Assembly: GCA_937944975.1 (NCBI GenBank) | Contig: CALEBF010000012.1 | Span: 17,748-81,747 of the forward strand | Length of the DNA stretch: 64,000 nucleotides | From: an uncultured Mycoplasmatota bacterium | Lineage (GTDB): Bacteria > Bacillota_I > Bacilli_A > RF39 > UBA660 | Direction: 5' to 3' | Program-made: the position numbers and the translations under genes | Notes under the pieces: generated by a model | The model's database searches: none | Told to the model about the DNA's origin: nothing | What the model saw: the letters and a program-made list of their open reading frames with translations, nothing else | Part shown: positions 1 through 9,380 of the stretch, piece after piece | Numbering within the stretch: position 1 is the first letter of the stretch | How the letters are laid out: the number at the start of each line of letters is the position of its first letter

Positions 1-160
1 AGGGGATTAAAAAATGTTATAAGAATAGTGTGTATATGTGATGTGTTATGAATCGTATTAAAGAATTATAAAAACAAACAGGTAGAATTAAAAAAATTGT
101 AATATATATCTTCAAATGATATAATACATTAAACTGTTACATTAAATATTGGAGGTGGTT

Positions 161-982
161 ATGAAAATATTAATAATTAACATTCCTACAGGGAAGAAAG
201 ATGATAAAAAATTTATGTCTTTTATTAATAATGTATATATTCCTGTACTCAATAATAATATAAATTTAGTTAAAGATCAAAATACAGAAATTACTCATCG
301 ATTTTGCGAATGGGGATTAGGGCCTGTAGAGATGGCATATTGCAGATATATGGACCATTTAGCACAGCCTATGATATATTATGCTGCTAAAAATGCAGAA
401 AAAGAAGGATATGATGCAGTTATTATAAACTGTTTTGGTGATCCAATGCTATGGGAATTAAAACAAGCCTTAAACATTCCAGTTATAGGTTTGGGAGAAG
501 CATCTATGATGTATTCTTTAAATCTAGGGCATAAATTTGGTGTGGTAAGCATTTCACCATACAATAATTTTCAAATTGAAGAAACTATTGAAAAATATGG
601 TTTAACTAAACGTTTTGTTGGCTGTGAGGCGATTGCAAGTTGGGAAAAGGGAGATCAAATAGAAATTGAAGAGACAATAGAGGCTTTTACTCAAGCTGCA
701 AGGAAACTAATCGATAAGGGTGCAGAAGTAATAATTCCAGGATGTTCTGTCACTTCATTTAAAATTAGAGCTATTAAAAGAATGATTGAAATTGATAATG
801 TTCCAATTGTGGATATAATAGGTGTTGCAATTAAACAGGCCGAAATGCTTGTTTCAATGAAAAAATCTGGAAGTAGCTGGATTAGTAGAAAAAATTTATA
901 CCATCAGCCTAATACAAAAACACTAGAAACAGCAGATTATCTTTTGAACAATGAAAATTTGACATTTTGGGATATAAAATAA
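161..982 (+). CDS. Asp/Glu/hydantoin racemase family protein
   Basis: ATG at 161 preceded by GGAGGTG RBS (track ORF starts at an upstream TTG). Motifs AVIINCFGDP and IIPGCSV are typical of the Asp/Glu/hydantoin racemase fold. Confidence 0.55.
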   Translation: MKILIINIPTGKKDDKKFMSFINNVYIPVLNNNINLVKDQNTEITHRFCEWGLGPVEMAYCRYMDHLAQPMIYYAAKNAEKEGYDAVIINCFGDPMLWELKQALNIPVIGLGEASMMYSLNLGHKFGVVSISPYNNFQIEETIEKYGLTKRFVGCEAIASWEKGDQIEIEETIEAFTQAARKLIDKGAEVIIPGCSVTSFKIRAIKRMIEIDNVPIVDIIGVAIKQAEMLVSMKKSGSSWISRKNLYHQPNTKTLETADYLLNNENLTFWDIK

Positions 983-997
983 TTAAGGAGGTAAAGA

Positions 998-1495
998 ATG
1001 GAATATAGAGATATTTATGATAAAAATAAGCAATTAACCGGTAAAACATTTGAAAAAAGTGAGGGTGTTCCAGAAGGCTATTTTTATTTAATGGTGGTTT
1101 GTTTTATGCAAAATAATAAAGGACAGTTTTTAATGCAAAAAAGAGTGCCAGAAAAAGATGGTAAATGGGCAACGACTGGTGGTCATCCTAAAGCTGGAGA
1201 AAATTCACTTGTTGGGATGGTTACCGAAATAAAAGAAGAACTAGGTATAGATGTAAATCCGAATGAGTTACAATTATTTAAAGAAGCAAAAGGAAAAAAT
1301 TCATTTTGTGATTTATATTATTTAAAAAAAGATATAGATATTAAAGATATTACTGCACAAGAAGAAGAAGTAGAAACGGTCAGTTGGCTAACCTTAGATG
1401 AAATTAATAATTTACTTGAAAACGGACAATTTAATAAAGGACATTATATGATGTTGCAAGATTGCTTGAAATTTTTGAATAATAAAAATGATTAA
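998..1495 (+). CDS. NUDIX hydrolase
   Basis: Nudix box GGHPKAGENSLVGMVTEIKEELG (GX5EX7REUXEEXGU). GGAGGT RBS upstream. Confidence 0.7.
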   Translation: MEYRDIYDKNKQLTGKTFEKSEGVPEGYFYLMVVCFMQNNKGQFLMQKRVPEKDGKWATTGGHPKAGENSLVGMVTEIKEELGIDVNPNELQLFKEAKGKNSFCDLYYLKKDIDIKDITAQEEEVETVSWLTLDEINNLLENGQFNKGHYMMLQDCLKFLNNKND

Positions 1496-1504
1496 TTTGT
1501 TAGA

Positions 1505-2404
1505 TTAATCATTTTTTATATACTTGTTTATATCAACATTTAATTTATTTTGTTTTAATAAAAGGTTTATTTTATTAATATAGTCTTTATATTTAGTAGT
1601 TGTTATTGAGAAAGAAGAATTTAAAATGGTTAGTATATGTTTAATTTGTTTTTCTGCATATTGATTAGATAATTCCATAAATTGTGGATAATATTTTTTT
1701 ACTTTTTTTTGTACCCTATTTATATATTCAAAAATGTTAAGATGTTCATCAGTAAAGTCTAAACTAGTTAAACTATTGTTTGAACGTCTCATATAATGAT
1801 ATAAAGGATGACCTATAACTGTATAGGTATTTATTTCGTTAAAAATATTCCACATAAACATTCTATCTTCATTAACACGATAATTTAAAAATTTTTGATT
1901 TATTAAACTTTCTTTTGTAAATAATTTACCCCAAACAGCAAAAGCAATTTTATCTTCTAGATACTCTTTGATTAAAGTGTTTTTTTTATAGACTACTAAT
2001 TCATAGTCATTATAAACATCAAAAATATCACCGTTAACATCGTTAACGTTAATACTGCATCCAACGACATCAGCGTTTGTATTTTTTTGAATTTTTAATA
2101 ATGTTTCAATAAAATTTTTTTCTATATAGTCATCACTGTCTACAAAACTGATATAATTGCCTTTAGCTTTTTCTAATCCAATATTTCTACAAATACTTGG
2201 ACCATTATTTTCAATGTTAATAACAGTAATACGTGTATCATTTTTCGCATAATTATTGCAAATTTTTAAACTATTATCTGTAGAACCATCATTAATTAAA
2301 ATAATGTCTAGTTTTTTATAGCTCTGTTTAATGATAGAATCTAAACATCTGTTTAAATAATTTTCTACATTATATACTGGTACAATGATTGTTACTAAAT
2401 CCAT
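1505..2404 (-). CDS. family 2 glycosyltransferase (GT2)
   Basis: N-terminus IIVPVYNVENYLNRCLDSIIKQSY and LINDGSTDNS, with a DxD-like VDSDDY. Region is AT-rich. Last gene of a coupled four-gene operon. Confidence 0.75.
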   Translation of the reverse strand: MDLVTIIVPVYNVENYLNRCLDSIIKQSYKKLDIILINDGSTDNSLKICNNYAKNDTRITVINIENNGPSICRNIGLEKAKGNYISFVDSDDYIEKNFIETLLKIQKNTNADVVGCSINVNDVNGDIFDVYNDYELVVYKKNTLIKEYLEDKIAFAVWGKLFTKESLINQKFLNYRVNEDRMFMWNIFNEINTYTVIGHPLYHYMRRSNNSLTSLDFTDEHLNIFEYINRVQKKVKKYYPQFMELSNQYAEKQIKHILTILNSSFSITTTKYKDYINKINLLLKQNKLNVDINKYIKND

Positions 2405-2969
2405 AGGAAAGCCTCCTTTTTATTTCTTCTATTATATTGGTTATATCAAAATTAAAATTATTGGTATTAATAACTATATTATATTCGCTATATGTTTTGT
2501 ATTCTACTGTTGTTTCGACTCTTAAGGCATCTTCATATTTTTTATGTTCTCTATTAATAACGCGATTTATTCTTTTGCTTTTATCAGCAATCATCAATAT
2601 TTTATAATTTGCTTTATTGTATAACTCTAGTTTTTCGCAAGCAAACCAATCAATCAAAGGAATAACTCCTTCTTGATTTAAACTATTTATAATATTCAGT
2701 AGACATTTATCTAAATAATTTAAAAATACTTTGTGGATTTTTTCATTTTCTTCATCATTAAAAAAGCAAGCATTTAATACTGTTTTTAAAGGTATATTTT
2801 TCTTAAATATATTTTTCATGTATTTAAGAAAATAAGGATTCTTAATAATGTATTTTTCTATAATGTCATCAACGGAAACATGGACAAAAGTTTGGTCAAT
2901 TTCATTTATTTTTTTACATAATTCGCTTTTGCCTGTGCCACCATAACCGCTTACACAAATGTACATCAT
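2370..2969 (-). CDS. P-loop NTPase / nucleotide-kinase-like protein
   Basis: Walker A GYGGTGKSE close to the N-terminus. Overlaps the flanking genes by 4 and 35 nt, consistent with translational coupling. Confidence 0.5.
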   Translation of the reverse strand: MMYICVSGYGGTGKSELCKKINEIDQTFVHVSVDDIIEKYIIKNPYFLKYMKNIFKKNIPLKTVLNACFFNDEENEKIHKVFLNYLDKCLLNIINSLNQEGVIPLIDWFACEKLELYNKANYKILMIADKSKRINRVINREHKKYEDALRVETTVEYKTYSEYNIVINTNNFNFDITNIIEEIKRRLSYGFSNNHCTSI

Positions 2970-3475
2970 TTCTTTATCAAACCTTTTTCTTTCCTATCAT
3001 TATTTTCTAATAAATGTCTGTTAATAATATTTAAAACAAAGTCATATTCTTTCTCATCATCAGTCATATGAAATATGTTATCAAAACTATAATTTTCTAC
3101 TTTAAGTTTATATTTTTTTCTTATAAATTGCTTTAAATTTTCTATATTTTCGTAGATGAAAGCATCTTTACGTTCAATATATCGTTTTTCAGATGGGGGT
3201 AATAATAAATATAATATACAAATTTGATTAGAATCATATTTATCAACCATTATATCAGCTTTGTAATTACTATATCCTGGTTTACCAGTCCCAGTATCTA
3301 ACGCATAAATATCTTTTATAAATTGTCTATAATCCTTAAATTTCACATATTCTAATGATTCTATAACAGCAAACTTGCTAATATCATTAATTGCCTCTTC
3401 AAAAAAAGGATTCATAGCGTTCCATAAAATTGCAATACTTTTCATAATCATGCCTCCTATATTTATGCTATACAA
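2966..3475 (-). CDS. hypothetical protein (operon member)
   Basis: Clean 169-aa ORF overlapping both neighbours by a few nt. No family recognised by eye. Confidence 0.4.
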   Translation of the reverse strand: MYSINIGGMIMKSIAILWNAMNPFFEEAINDISKFAVIESLEYVKFKDYRQFIKDIYALDTGTGKPGYSNYKADIMVDKYDSNQICILYLLLPPSEKRYIERKDAFIYENIENLKQFIRKKYKLKVENYSFDNIFHMTDDEKEYDFVLNIINRHLLENNDRKEKGLIKK

Positions 3476-4544
3476 TGTAATCGCTTAAATTATTTTTATT
3501 ACTCGTTTGCCACTCAAATCTTTTTAATTTTTTGTCAGTACAATAAGCACAAAAGTCGCAAAAATGCTCTAAATATTCAATTAACTCATCTCCATTTTGA
3601 AAATCATCAATTTTTTTAAAATCGTTTTCTGTAGTTTTAAAATTTGAATTACACTTTTCATTTAAATATTGTATTAATAAAGGATATGAACATCTAGAAA
3701 TAAATCCATCTTTTACAAAAGGAAAATGCCTTCCATAACATAAATTATTTGCTTTTTCCGGATCATTAACTTTTTTTGTTGTTAAACAAGTGTGAAATTC
3801 TAGAATTAGTAAAGTTTCATCTTTTTGCTTACATCCGTTTCCAAAGAAAAATTTAATATTTTTATCGTCTAAAAACTTCACAATTTTATCAGCAATTTTA
3901 TAGGTTGGTTGATATAATGATATATTAAAAAATACATTATTATTCTTTATGCTTTCTATTAACTGATCATCCATCTTTGGAATTAAAAGGCCATTAGAAA
4001 CTAATGCGACTTTTGAATTAGGAAAATATTTTCTAACAATAGGTAGAATTTTCGATAATTCAGAGTGTAATAATGGTTCTCCACCCATTAATCTTATTAA
4101 ATCAATATTAACAAGACTTGATAATTTTTCGATGTCATTTTTAAATTGCTCTATACTAATTTCGTATTTATCACAAATATTCGAAAAGTGAGTACACCCT
4201 TTACATTTTAAATTGCAATGATTAACTAAATTGATTTCTATATATCCGAGCAACGGTTTTTTTAGCAATGAAAATTCACGGATATTATTAATGATACTAT
4301 CATCTATATCAAACAGGTCTAAAATGTATATAGTTTCAATGTTTTGCTTTTTTAGTTGGTTAGAATATTTTGTAATAAAAATAGGTGCTTCCAATATAAG
4401 AATAGAGCTTTTATTATCAAGAATAACTAACTGCTCTAAATTACTAATCGTTCCTTTATAAATATATCCTTTATTTTCCAAACATTTTATAACCGTATCA
4501 TTGTATTTTGTGTTTCCAACTATATAAAATTCACGATATTTCAT
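3468..4544 (-). CDS. radical SAM protein with C-terminal Cys-rich auxiliary region
   Basis: CNLKCKGC (CxxxCxxC) and GGEPLL motifs. C-terminal cysteines (CYG..C..C..CDFCAYC) suggest an auxiliary cluster. About 110 aa N-terminal extension. Probable ATG start at 4544 (AAGGGG RBS); track gives a TTG at 4556. Confidence 0.7.
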   Translation of the reverse strand: MKYREFYIVGNTKYNDTVIKCLENKGYIYKGTISNLEQLVILDNKSSILILEAPIFITKYSNQLKKQNIETIYILDLFDIDDSIINNIREFSLLKKPLLGYIEINLVNHCNLKCKGCTHFSNICDKYEISIEQFKNDIEKLSSLVNIDLIRLMGGEPLLHSELSKILPIVRKYFPNSKVALVSNGLLIPKMDDQLIESIKNNNVFFNISLYQPTYKIADKIVKFLDDKNIKFFFGNGCKQKDETLLILEFHTCLTTKKVNDPEKANNLCYGRHFPFVKDGFISRCSYPLLIQYLNEKCNSNFKTTENDFKKIDDFQNGDELIEYLEHFCDFCAYCTDKKLKRFEWQTSNKNNLSDYIV

Positions 4545-4829
4545 ATAATATAACAACCCCTTATTTCATAAATATAGACATATTATAATCAATTTTAACT
4601 AAAAGTCAAGTGTAAGTTTTTAAATTGATTTTAATGAATTAATTGTTGGTATAGATACTTGGAATTTTTAGACTTGTGTACTAGCAAATATAGTTGAGTA
4701 GCAATCATCATTTATCGTTTATATAAAGTGAAAGTTTGTAGAAGAAACTGAAATAATTTCATTAAAAATTTCAAAAAAAGCGACACAAATCACTGTGTTC
4801 TTTTTTTATACTTAAAATGAGGTGAAAAC

Positions 4830-5612
4830 ATGAAAGTATACGTCGATCTAGTGTTCTTGCTAAACGTAATCTTTGATTTTTTAATCTTGCTTACGACATC
4901 TACGATTCTGCATCGAAGAGCGTCTTATAAGAGACTTTTTTTGGGCTCGATGGTTGGTGCCGTTAGTATTTTCTTTCTCTTTTTAACGTTATCTTCATTT
5001 ACATTATTTTTATTAAAAGTAATGATCAGTATCGGAATGTTGCTTGCGACGTTTGGGTATCATAATTTGAAACAGTTTGTAAGAGAGTTCGCACATCTTT
5101 ACATGGTTAGTATTGTGATGGGTGGCTTTTTATACTTTTTAAATGTTCAATTTTCTTATCAACAAGAAGGTCTTGTTTTTTATCATCGTGGCTTTTCCAT
5201 CAACGTGATCTTTTTATTCATATTTTCGCCTATTATTTTATATACTTATGTAAAACAAGGTAAAAAGAGAGAAGAGTTATACGATCAAATTCATCTAGTC
5301 CAGTTTCACTATCGCGGGAAGACATATGCTTGGAATGGCTTTGTCGATACGGGAAATCATTTGAAAGATCCATACTTTCATCGCCCTGTCATATTGGTAG
5401 AAAAAGATAAGATCGAGGATACGGAGGGAAAGAAAATCTACATTCCTTATGATACGGCAAATCATCATGCGATGTTAGAATGTATTCCTATTACTTCTGT
5501 TACAGTGGATGGAATTCTCAAAAAAAGAAAGATATTGGTGGGGCTTCTAGAAGATAAGATTCATCTAGATGGAGTAGATTGTATTTTACAAACAAGTATA
5601 TGGGAGGGATAA
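4830..5612 (+). CDS. spoIIGA: sporulation sigma-E processing peptidase SpoIIGA
   Basis: Polytopic N-terminus plus C-terminal aspartic-protease DTGN motif. Immediately upstream of sigE. Confidence 0.85.
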   Translation: MKVYVDLVFLLNVIFDFLILLTTSTILHRRASYKRLFLGSMVGAVSIFFLFLTLSSFTLFLLKVMISIGMLLATFGYHNLKQFVREFAHLYMVSIVMGGFLYFLNVQFSYQQEGLVFYHRGFSINVIFLFIFSPIILYTYVKQGKKREELYDQIHLVQFHYRGKTYAWNGFVDTGNHLKDPYFHRPVILVEKDKIEDTEGKKIYIPYDTANHHAMLECIPITSVTVDGILKKRKILVGLLEDKIHLDGVDCILQTSIWEG

Positions 5613-5613
5613 A

Positions 5614-6306
5614 ATGTTAAGAAAAATAATACAGTTTTTACATCGATTATGGAGTGATGGTACAAGTTTGTTTTTTATTGGAAGTAGTGATAAACTACCA
5701 GAACCATTATCAAAAGAGGTTGAAACAGAATGCGTTTTAAAAGCACAAGATGGAGATATTGTCGCACGAGGTAAACTCATTGAACACAATCTAAGGTTGG
5801 TCGTATTTTTAGCAAAAAAGTATGAGAATACAGGAATTGATTTAGAGGATCTCGTCAGTATTGGAACGATTGGTCTAATCAAAGGAGTGAATACTTATCG
5901 GCTCGATAAAAATATTAAACTGGCAACCTACGCTTCCAGATGTATCGATAATGAAATTCTCATGTTCTTAAGAAAGAATAAAAAAAGGCGAGGAGAAATC
6001 AGTTTCGAAGATAATTTATCTTTTGATTCCGAGGGAAATGAGCTACATTTAGAGGATATTTTAGGTACGGAGCCGGATATTGTGACAAAGGGAATCGAAG
6101 AGGCGACGGAAAAAGAATTGCTGTATCGTGAAATCGAAAAATTGAATGGACGTGACAAGCAAATTATGGTATTACGTTATGGCTTGTTCGGACATAAAGA
6201 CATGACACAAAAAGATGTCGCACGTGTTTTAAATATTAGCCAATCCTATATTTCTAGAATCGAAAAGAAAGTCATTCGGAAGCTAAAGAATTTGGTGAAG
6301 TCATAA
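5614..6306 (+). CDS. sigE: RNA polymerase sporulation sigma factor E (pro-sigma-E)
   Basis: Pro-sequence and regions 2-4 closely match B. subtilis pro-sigma-E (YIGGSEALPPPLS vs FIGSSDKLPEPLS; NLRLVV..AKK.ENTGI). Confidence 0.9.
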   Translation: MLRKIIQFLHRLWSDGTSLFFIGSSDKLPEPLSKEVETECVLKAQDGDIVARGKLIEHNLRLVVFLAKKYENTGIDLEDLVSIGTIGLIKGVNTYRLDKNIKLATYASRCIDNEILMFLRKNKKRRGEISFEDNLSFDSEGNELHLEDILGTEPDIVTKGIEEATEKELLYREIEKLNGRDKQIMVLRYGLFGHKDMTQKDVARVLNISQSYISRIEKKVIRKLKNLVKS

Positions 6307-6328
6307 AGAGAGTTATCTCTTTTTTTAT
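6305..6328 (+). terminator. rho-independent terminator after sigE
   Basis: Hairpin AAAGAGAG-tta-TCTCTTT followed by a T-run. Confidence 0.6.
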
Positions 6329-6393
6329 TGTCTCTCTTGAAGAGATACCTGTTTGTGTGCTAGAATAATTTTATAAGATAGACAGGTGGTTTT

Positions 6394-7608
6394 ATGTTAA
6401 CATTTGATTTTAAAACTTATATGGGATCTGTGATTACCAAGGATCAATTCAAAAAGTATTTACCGAGATTACAAAAGATTACAAATCATATGAATCGAAA
6501 ATTAGAGATGTTAGATTGGTTAGATGTTTCGACGTCGATTACGAAAGAAGAACTCGAGAGATTAAAGTCATTGGCACAATATACGAAGTCGCATTGCGAT
6601 CTTTTCATCGTGATCGGAATTGGTGGCTCTTATTTGGGAAGCAAGGCTGTGATCGACGCCATTCATCCTTATTTTGGAAGCGATGGACTTCATCCTGAGG
6701 TGATCTATCTTGGAACATCTTTATCCTCTTCTTATATCAAAGATTTGATTGGATGGATCGGAGATAAAGATGTGATCGTGAACGTGATATCGAAATCTGG
6801 AAATACGTTGGAGCCTAATATCGCATTTACAATTTTTCAAAAGTATTTGCGTCGACGTTATGGAAAAGAAGAATTAGAGCATAGACTTATTATCACGACA
6901 GATGAATCGTCTGGCTCTTTATTAGAATTTGCCAAGAAACATCATTTAAATACACTTTCGATTCCTAAGAATATTGGAGGAAGATTTTCTATATTTACGG
7001 CAGCTGGTCTATTTCCTATGGCGGTTGCAGGAATACAAATTGATTCATTATTAAAAGGAGCAAAGCAAGGTAAAAACTATTTAAATGAAGCGTATATGTA
7101 TGCGATGGTAAGAGATATTTTGAGAAAAGAAGGAAGACAGGTAGAATCGTTTACTGTCTACGAACCAAAACTTGCATATTTTACTGAATGGTTAAAACAG
7201 TTGATGATGGAAACACAAGGAAAGAACAAGAAGGGACTACTTACAACTAGCGCGATCAACACGAGAGATTTACACTCTTTAGGACAATACTATCAGGAGG
7301 GAACAGACAATCTATTCGAAACTGTGATCGCAATTGAGAAAACAACGAAAGTAACAGTTCCTCAATACGAAAAAACACTAGACGAAATCAATTTGATTGC
7401 AGCGAAAGCCGTTGCTTCCGCACACAAAAAAGGAAATACACCAAGTAGTATGATTATCATGGATAAGTTAAATGAAAAAAATCTTGGAAGCTTGTGTTAT
7501 TTCTTTATGATGAGTGCTGCGATTGGAGCGTATTTACTCGGAGTAGATCCATTTAATCAGCCAGGTGTAGAAGTGTATAAGAAAGGAATTAAAAGAAGCT
7601 TAAAATGA
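6394..7608 (+). CDS. pgi: glucose-6-phosphate isomerase
   Basis: GIGGSYLG motif and overall short-form PGI architecture. Confidence 0.8.
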   Translation: MLTFDFKTYMGSVITKDQFKKYLPRLQKITNHMNRKLEMLDWLDVSTSITKEELERLKSLAQYTKSHCDLFIVIGIGGSYLGSKAVIDAIHPYFGSDGLHPEVIYLGTSLSSSYIKDLIGWIGDKDVIVNVISKSGNTLEPNIAFTIFQKYLRRRYGKEELEHRLIITTDESSGSLLEFAKKHHLNTLSIPKNIGGRFSIFTAAGLFPMAVAGIQIDSLLKGAKQGKNYLNEAYMYAMVRDILRKEGRQVESFTVYEPKLAYFTEWLKQLMMETQGKNKKGLLTTSAINTRDLHSLGQYYQEGTDNLFETVIAIEKTTKVTVPQYEKTLDEINLIAAKAVASAHKKGNTPSSMIIMDKLNEKNLGSLCYFFMMSAAIGAYLLGVDPFNQPGVEVYKKGIKRSLK

Positions 7609-8273
7609 GAAAATTTGGAATAATTGTATTAGTCTGCTTTAGTTTATTTCTCTTTGTTGGATGTGGAGATAAAAAAGTTCAAACAGAAGAGAAACAGGAA
7701 CTTACAGATGGAGAAAAATTTAAAAAAGAGTATGAACAATATAATAAATACGTAGCTGACGATGGAACAAAAGAATATCCACAAGTGACGATTACGGAAG
7801 ATAACAAGATGAAATATAGCTCTTTTAAAGAAGTAAAAGAGATTTTAAAAGACGGAACAGGTGTCGTATTCTTTGGAACACCTAAGTCTGATTGGACGAG
7901 AAATGTCGTTCCTATTTTGATTGAAGCGGCAAAGGAAGTCGGGATTGATACCATTTATTATTACGATCATTATGAGGATCGAGATGAAAAACATTTAGAT
8001 GATAATGGAAATATCGTAATCGATAAAGACGGGACAGAAGAGTATCAAGAGCTCGTGACGATTTTATATTCTGAATTAGGACCGTATGAAGGTTTAAACA
8101 ACGATACAATCAAGAGACTTTATTATCCAACTGTCGTATTTGTTAGTGATGGACTTATTTTAGGAAGCCATATTGGTACTATAGAATCACAAACAGATCC
8201 TAAGGCAAAGCTTTCCAGCGCAGAGCAAGAAGAACTTAAGGAAATTTATACGCATTATATGGAATTGATGTAA
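7605..8273 (+). CDS. lipoprotein, function unknown
   Basis: Signal peptide with lipobox LFVGC. Start overlaps the pgi stop. Confidence 0.55.
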   Translation: MRKFGIIVLVCFSLFLFVGCGDKKVQTEEKQELTDGEKFKKEYEQYNKYVADDGTKEYPQVTITEDNKMKYSSFKEVKEILKDGTGVVFFGTPKSDWTRNVVPILIEAAKEVGIDTIYYYDHYEDRDEKHLDDNGNIVIDKDGTEEYQELVTILYSELGPYEGLNNDTIKRLYYPTVVFVSDGLILGSHIGTIESQTDPKAKLSSAEQEELKEIYTHYMELM

Positions 8274-8356
8274 GGAACACAACAACGCAAGTTGTTTTTT
8301 CTTTGGATTGAATAAAAAATCTTTTTTTTCACATCATGAATAAGAAGGAGGAAACC

Positions 8357-9133
8357 ATGGCACGTCACAAAGTAGAAATATGTGGCGTGAATACTGCGAA
8401 TATTAAAGTATTAAGTAGTGAAGAGCAAATGGAATTATTTCGAAAGATGCAAGCTGGGGATCCATTTGCGAAAGATGAATTGATCAAGGGAAATTTAAAA
8501 CTCGTGTTATCCGTCTTACGTAAGTTTAACAATCGTGTCGATAATATGGATGATTTATTTCAGGTAGGATGTATCGGACTGATTAAAGCGATCGATCATT
8601 TTGATCTTTCCTTTGAAGTCAAGTTTTCAACCTATAGTGTTCCGATGATTCTAGGAGAAATCAAGCGTTATTTACGAGATAACAATAGTGTTAGAATTGC
8701 AAGAAGCATCAAAGATACCGCATATAAAGCATTGAAGATCAAGGAAGAGATGACGAATCAAAATGGAAGAGAACCCAGTGTATTAGAAATTAGCAAAGCG
8801 ATGGGACTAACAGAGTATGAAGTGAGCCATGCATTAGATGCTTTAAAAGAAACAGTAAGTATGTTTGAACCAATTTATAATGATGGGGGAGATACGATCT
8901 ATTTGGAAGATCAATTAGAAGACAAAAAATTAGAACGATACCCAATCGAGACGAGGATCGCATTAACAGATGCTTTAGATAGGTTGAAAGGAAAGGAAAA
9001 GTACGTTTTAGAACAACGCTATTTGGTTGGAAAAACACAAATGGAACTAGCAAGTGAGATCGGAATCAGCCAAGCACAGATTTCTCGTTTAGAAAAAAGC
9101 GGAATCGACCATATTAAGAAGATGATATTATAA
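8357..9133 (+). CDS. sigG: RNA polymerase sporulation sigma factor G
   Basis: KVEICGVNT N-terminus as in SigG/SigF, with sigma-70 regions 2 and 4. ATG at 8357 after AAGGAGGA RBS. Confidence 0.85.
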   Translation: MARHKVEICGVNTANIKVLSSEEQMELFRKMQAGDPFAKDELIKGNLKLVLSVLRKFNNRVDNMDDLFQVGCIGLIKAIDHFDLSFEVKFSTYSVPMILGEIKRYLRDNNSVRIARSIKDTAYKALKIKEEMTNQNGREPSVLEISKAMGLTEYEVSHALDALKETVSMFEPIYNDGGDTIYLEDQLEDKKLERYPIETRIALTDALDRLKGKEKYVLEQRYLVGKTQMELASEIGISQAQISRLEKSGIDHIKKMIL

Positions 9134-9158
9134 GCAATGATAACATTGCTTTTTTTGT
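9133..9158 (+). terminator. rho-independent terminator after sigG
   Basis: AGCAATG-ataa-CATTGCT followed by TTTTTTT. Confidence 0.65.
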
Positions 9159-9380
9159 TCAACTGCTAATGGCTGGTGATTATGAATTATTTTTGATATA
9201 ATGAAGTTAGGATTTGCTAAATGATACATGATATTGATTGTTTATAGTTCGAACAAGAAAATGCATATTTGGTGCAATCATGAACCATGTTGAATTTTGT
9301 AGTTTTAAAATAGAGAAATAATAGAGTTCGTTGCTGATAAGAAAGCAGCGTACTCTCATTGCACGTATGGGAGAAATAGT

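Noticed and set aside
379-564. Antisense or alternate-frame ORFs listed in the track (e.g. 379-564, 4231-4461, 5586-5882, 7679-8109, 14693-15175, 26081-26386, 29052-29489, 50538-51065, 54711-55121, 62950-63174)
   Set aside because: All lie within or opposite well-supported genes, have low-complexity composition, and lack RBSs. They are shadow ORFs of AT-rich DNA.
3468-4556. Radical SAM enzyme as a prokaryotic viperin or a RiPP maturase
   Set aside because: A C-terminal auxiliary Cys cluster and an N-terminal extension of about 110 aa argue against viperin. No small precursor-peptide ORF with an RBS was found in the 270-bp upstream region on the minus strand. It is kept only as an unassigned radical SAM protein.
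4775-4800. Weak hairpin plus T-run (ACACA-aatcac-TGTGT TTTTTTT) upstream of spoIIGA
   Set aside because: The stem is only 5 bp and no plus-strand gene precedes it. It could be a remnant terminator but is too weak to call.
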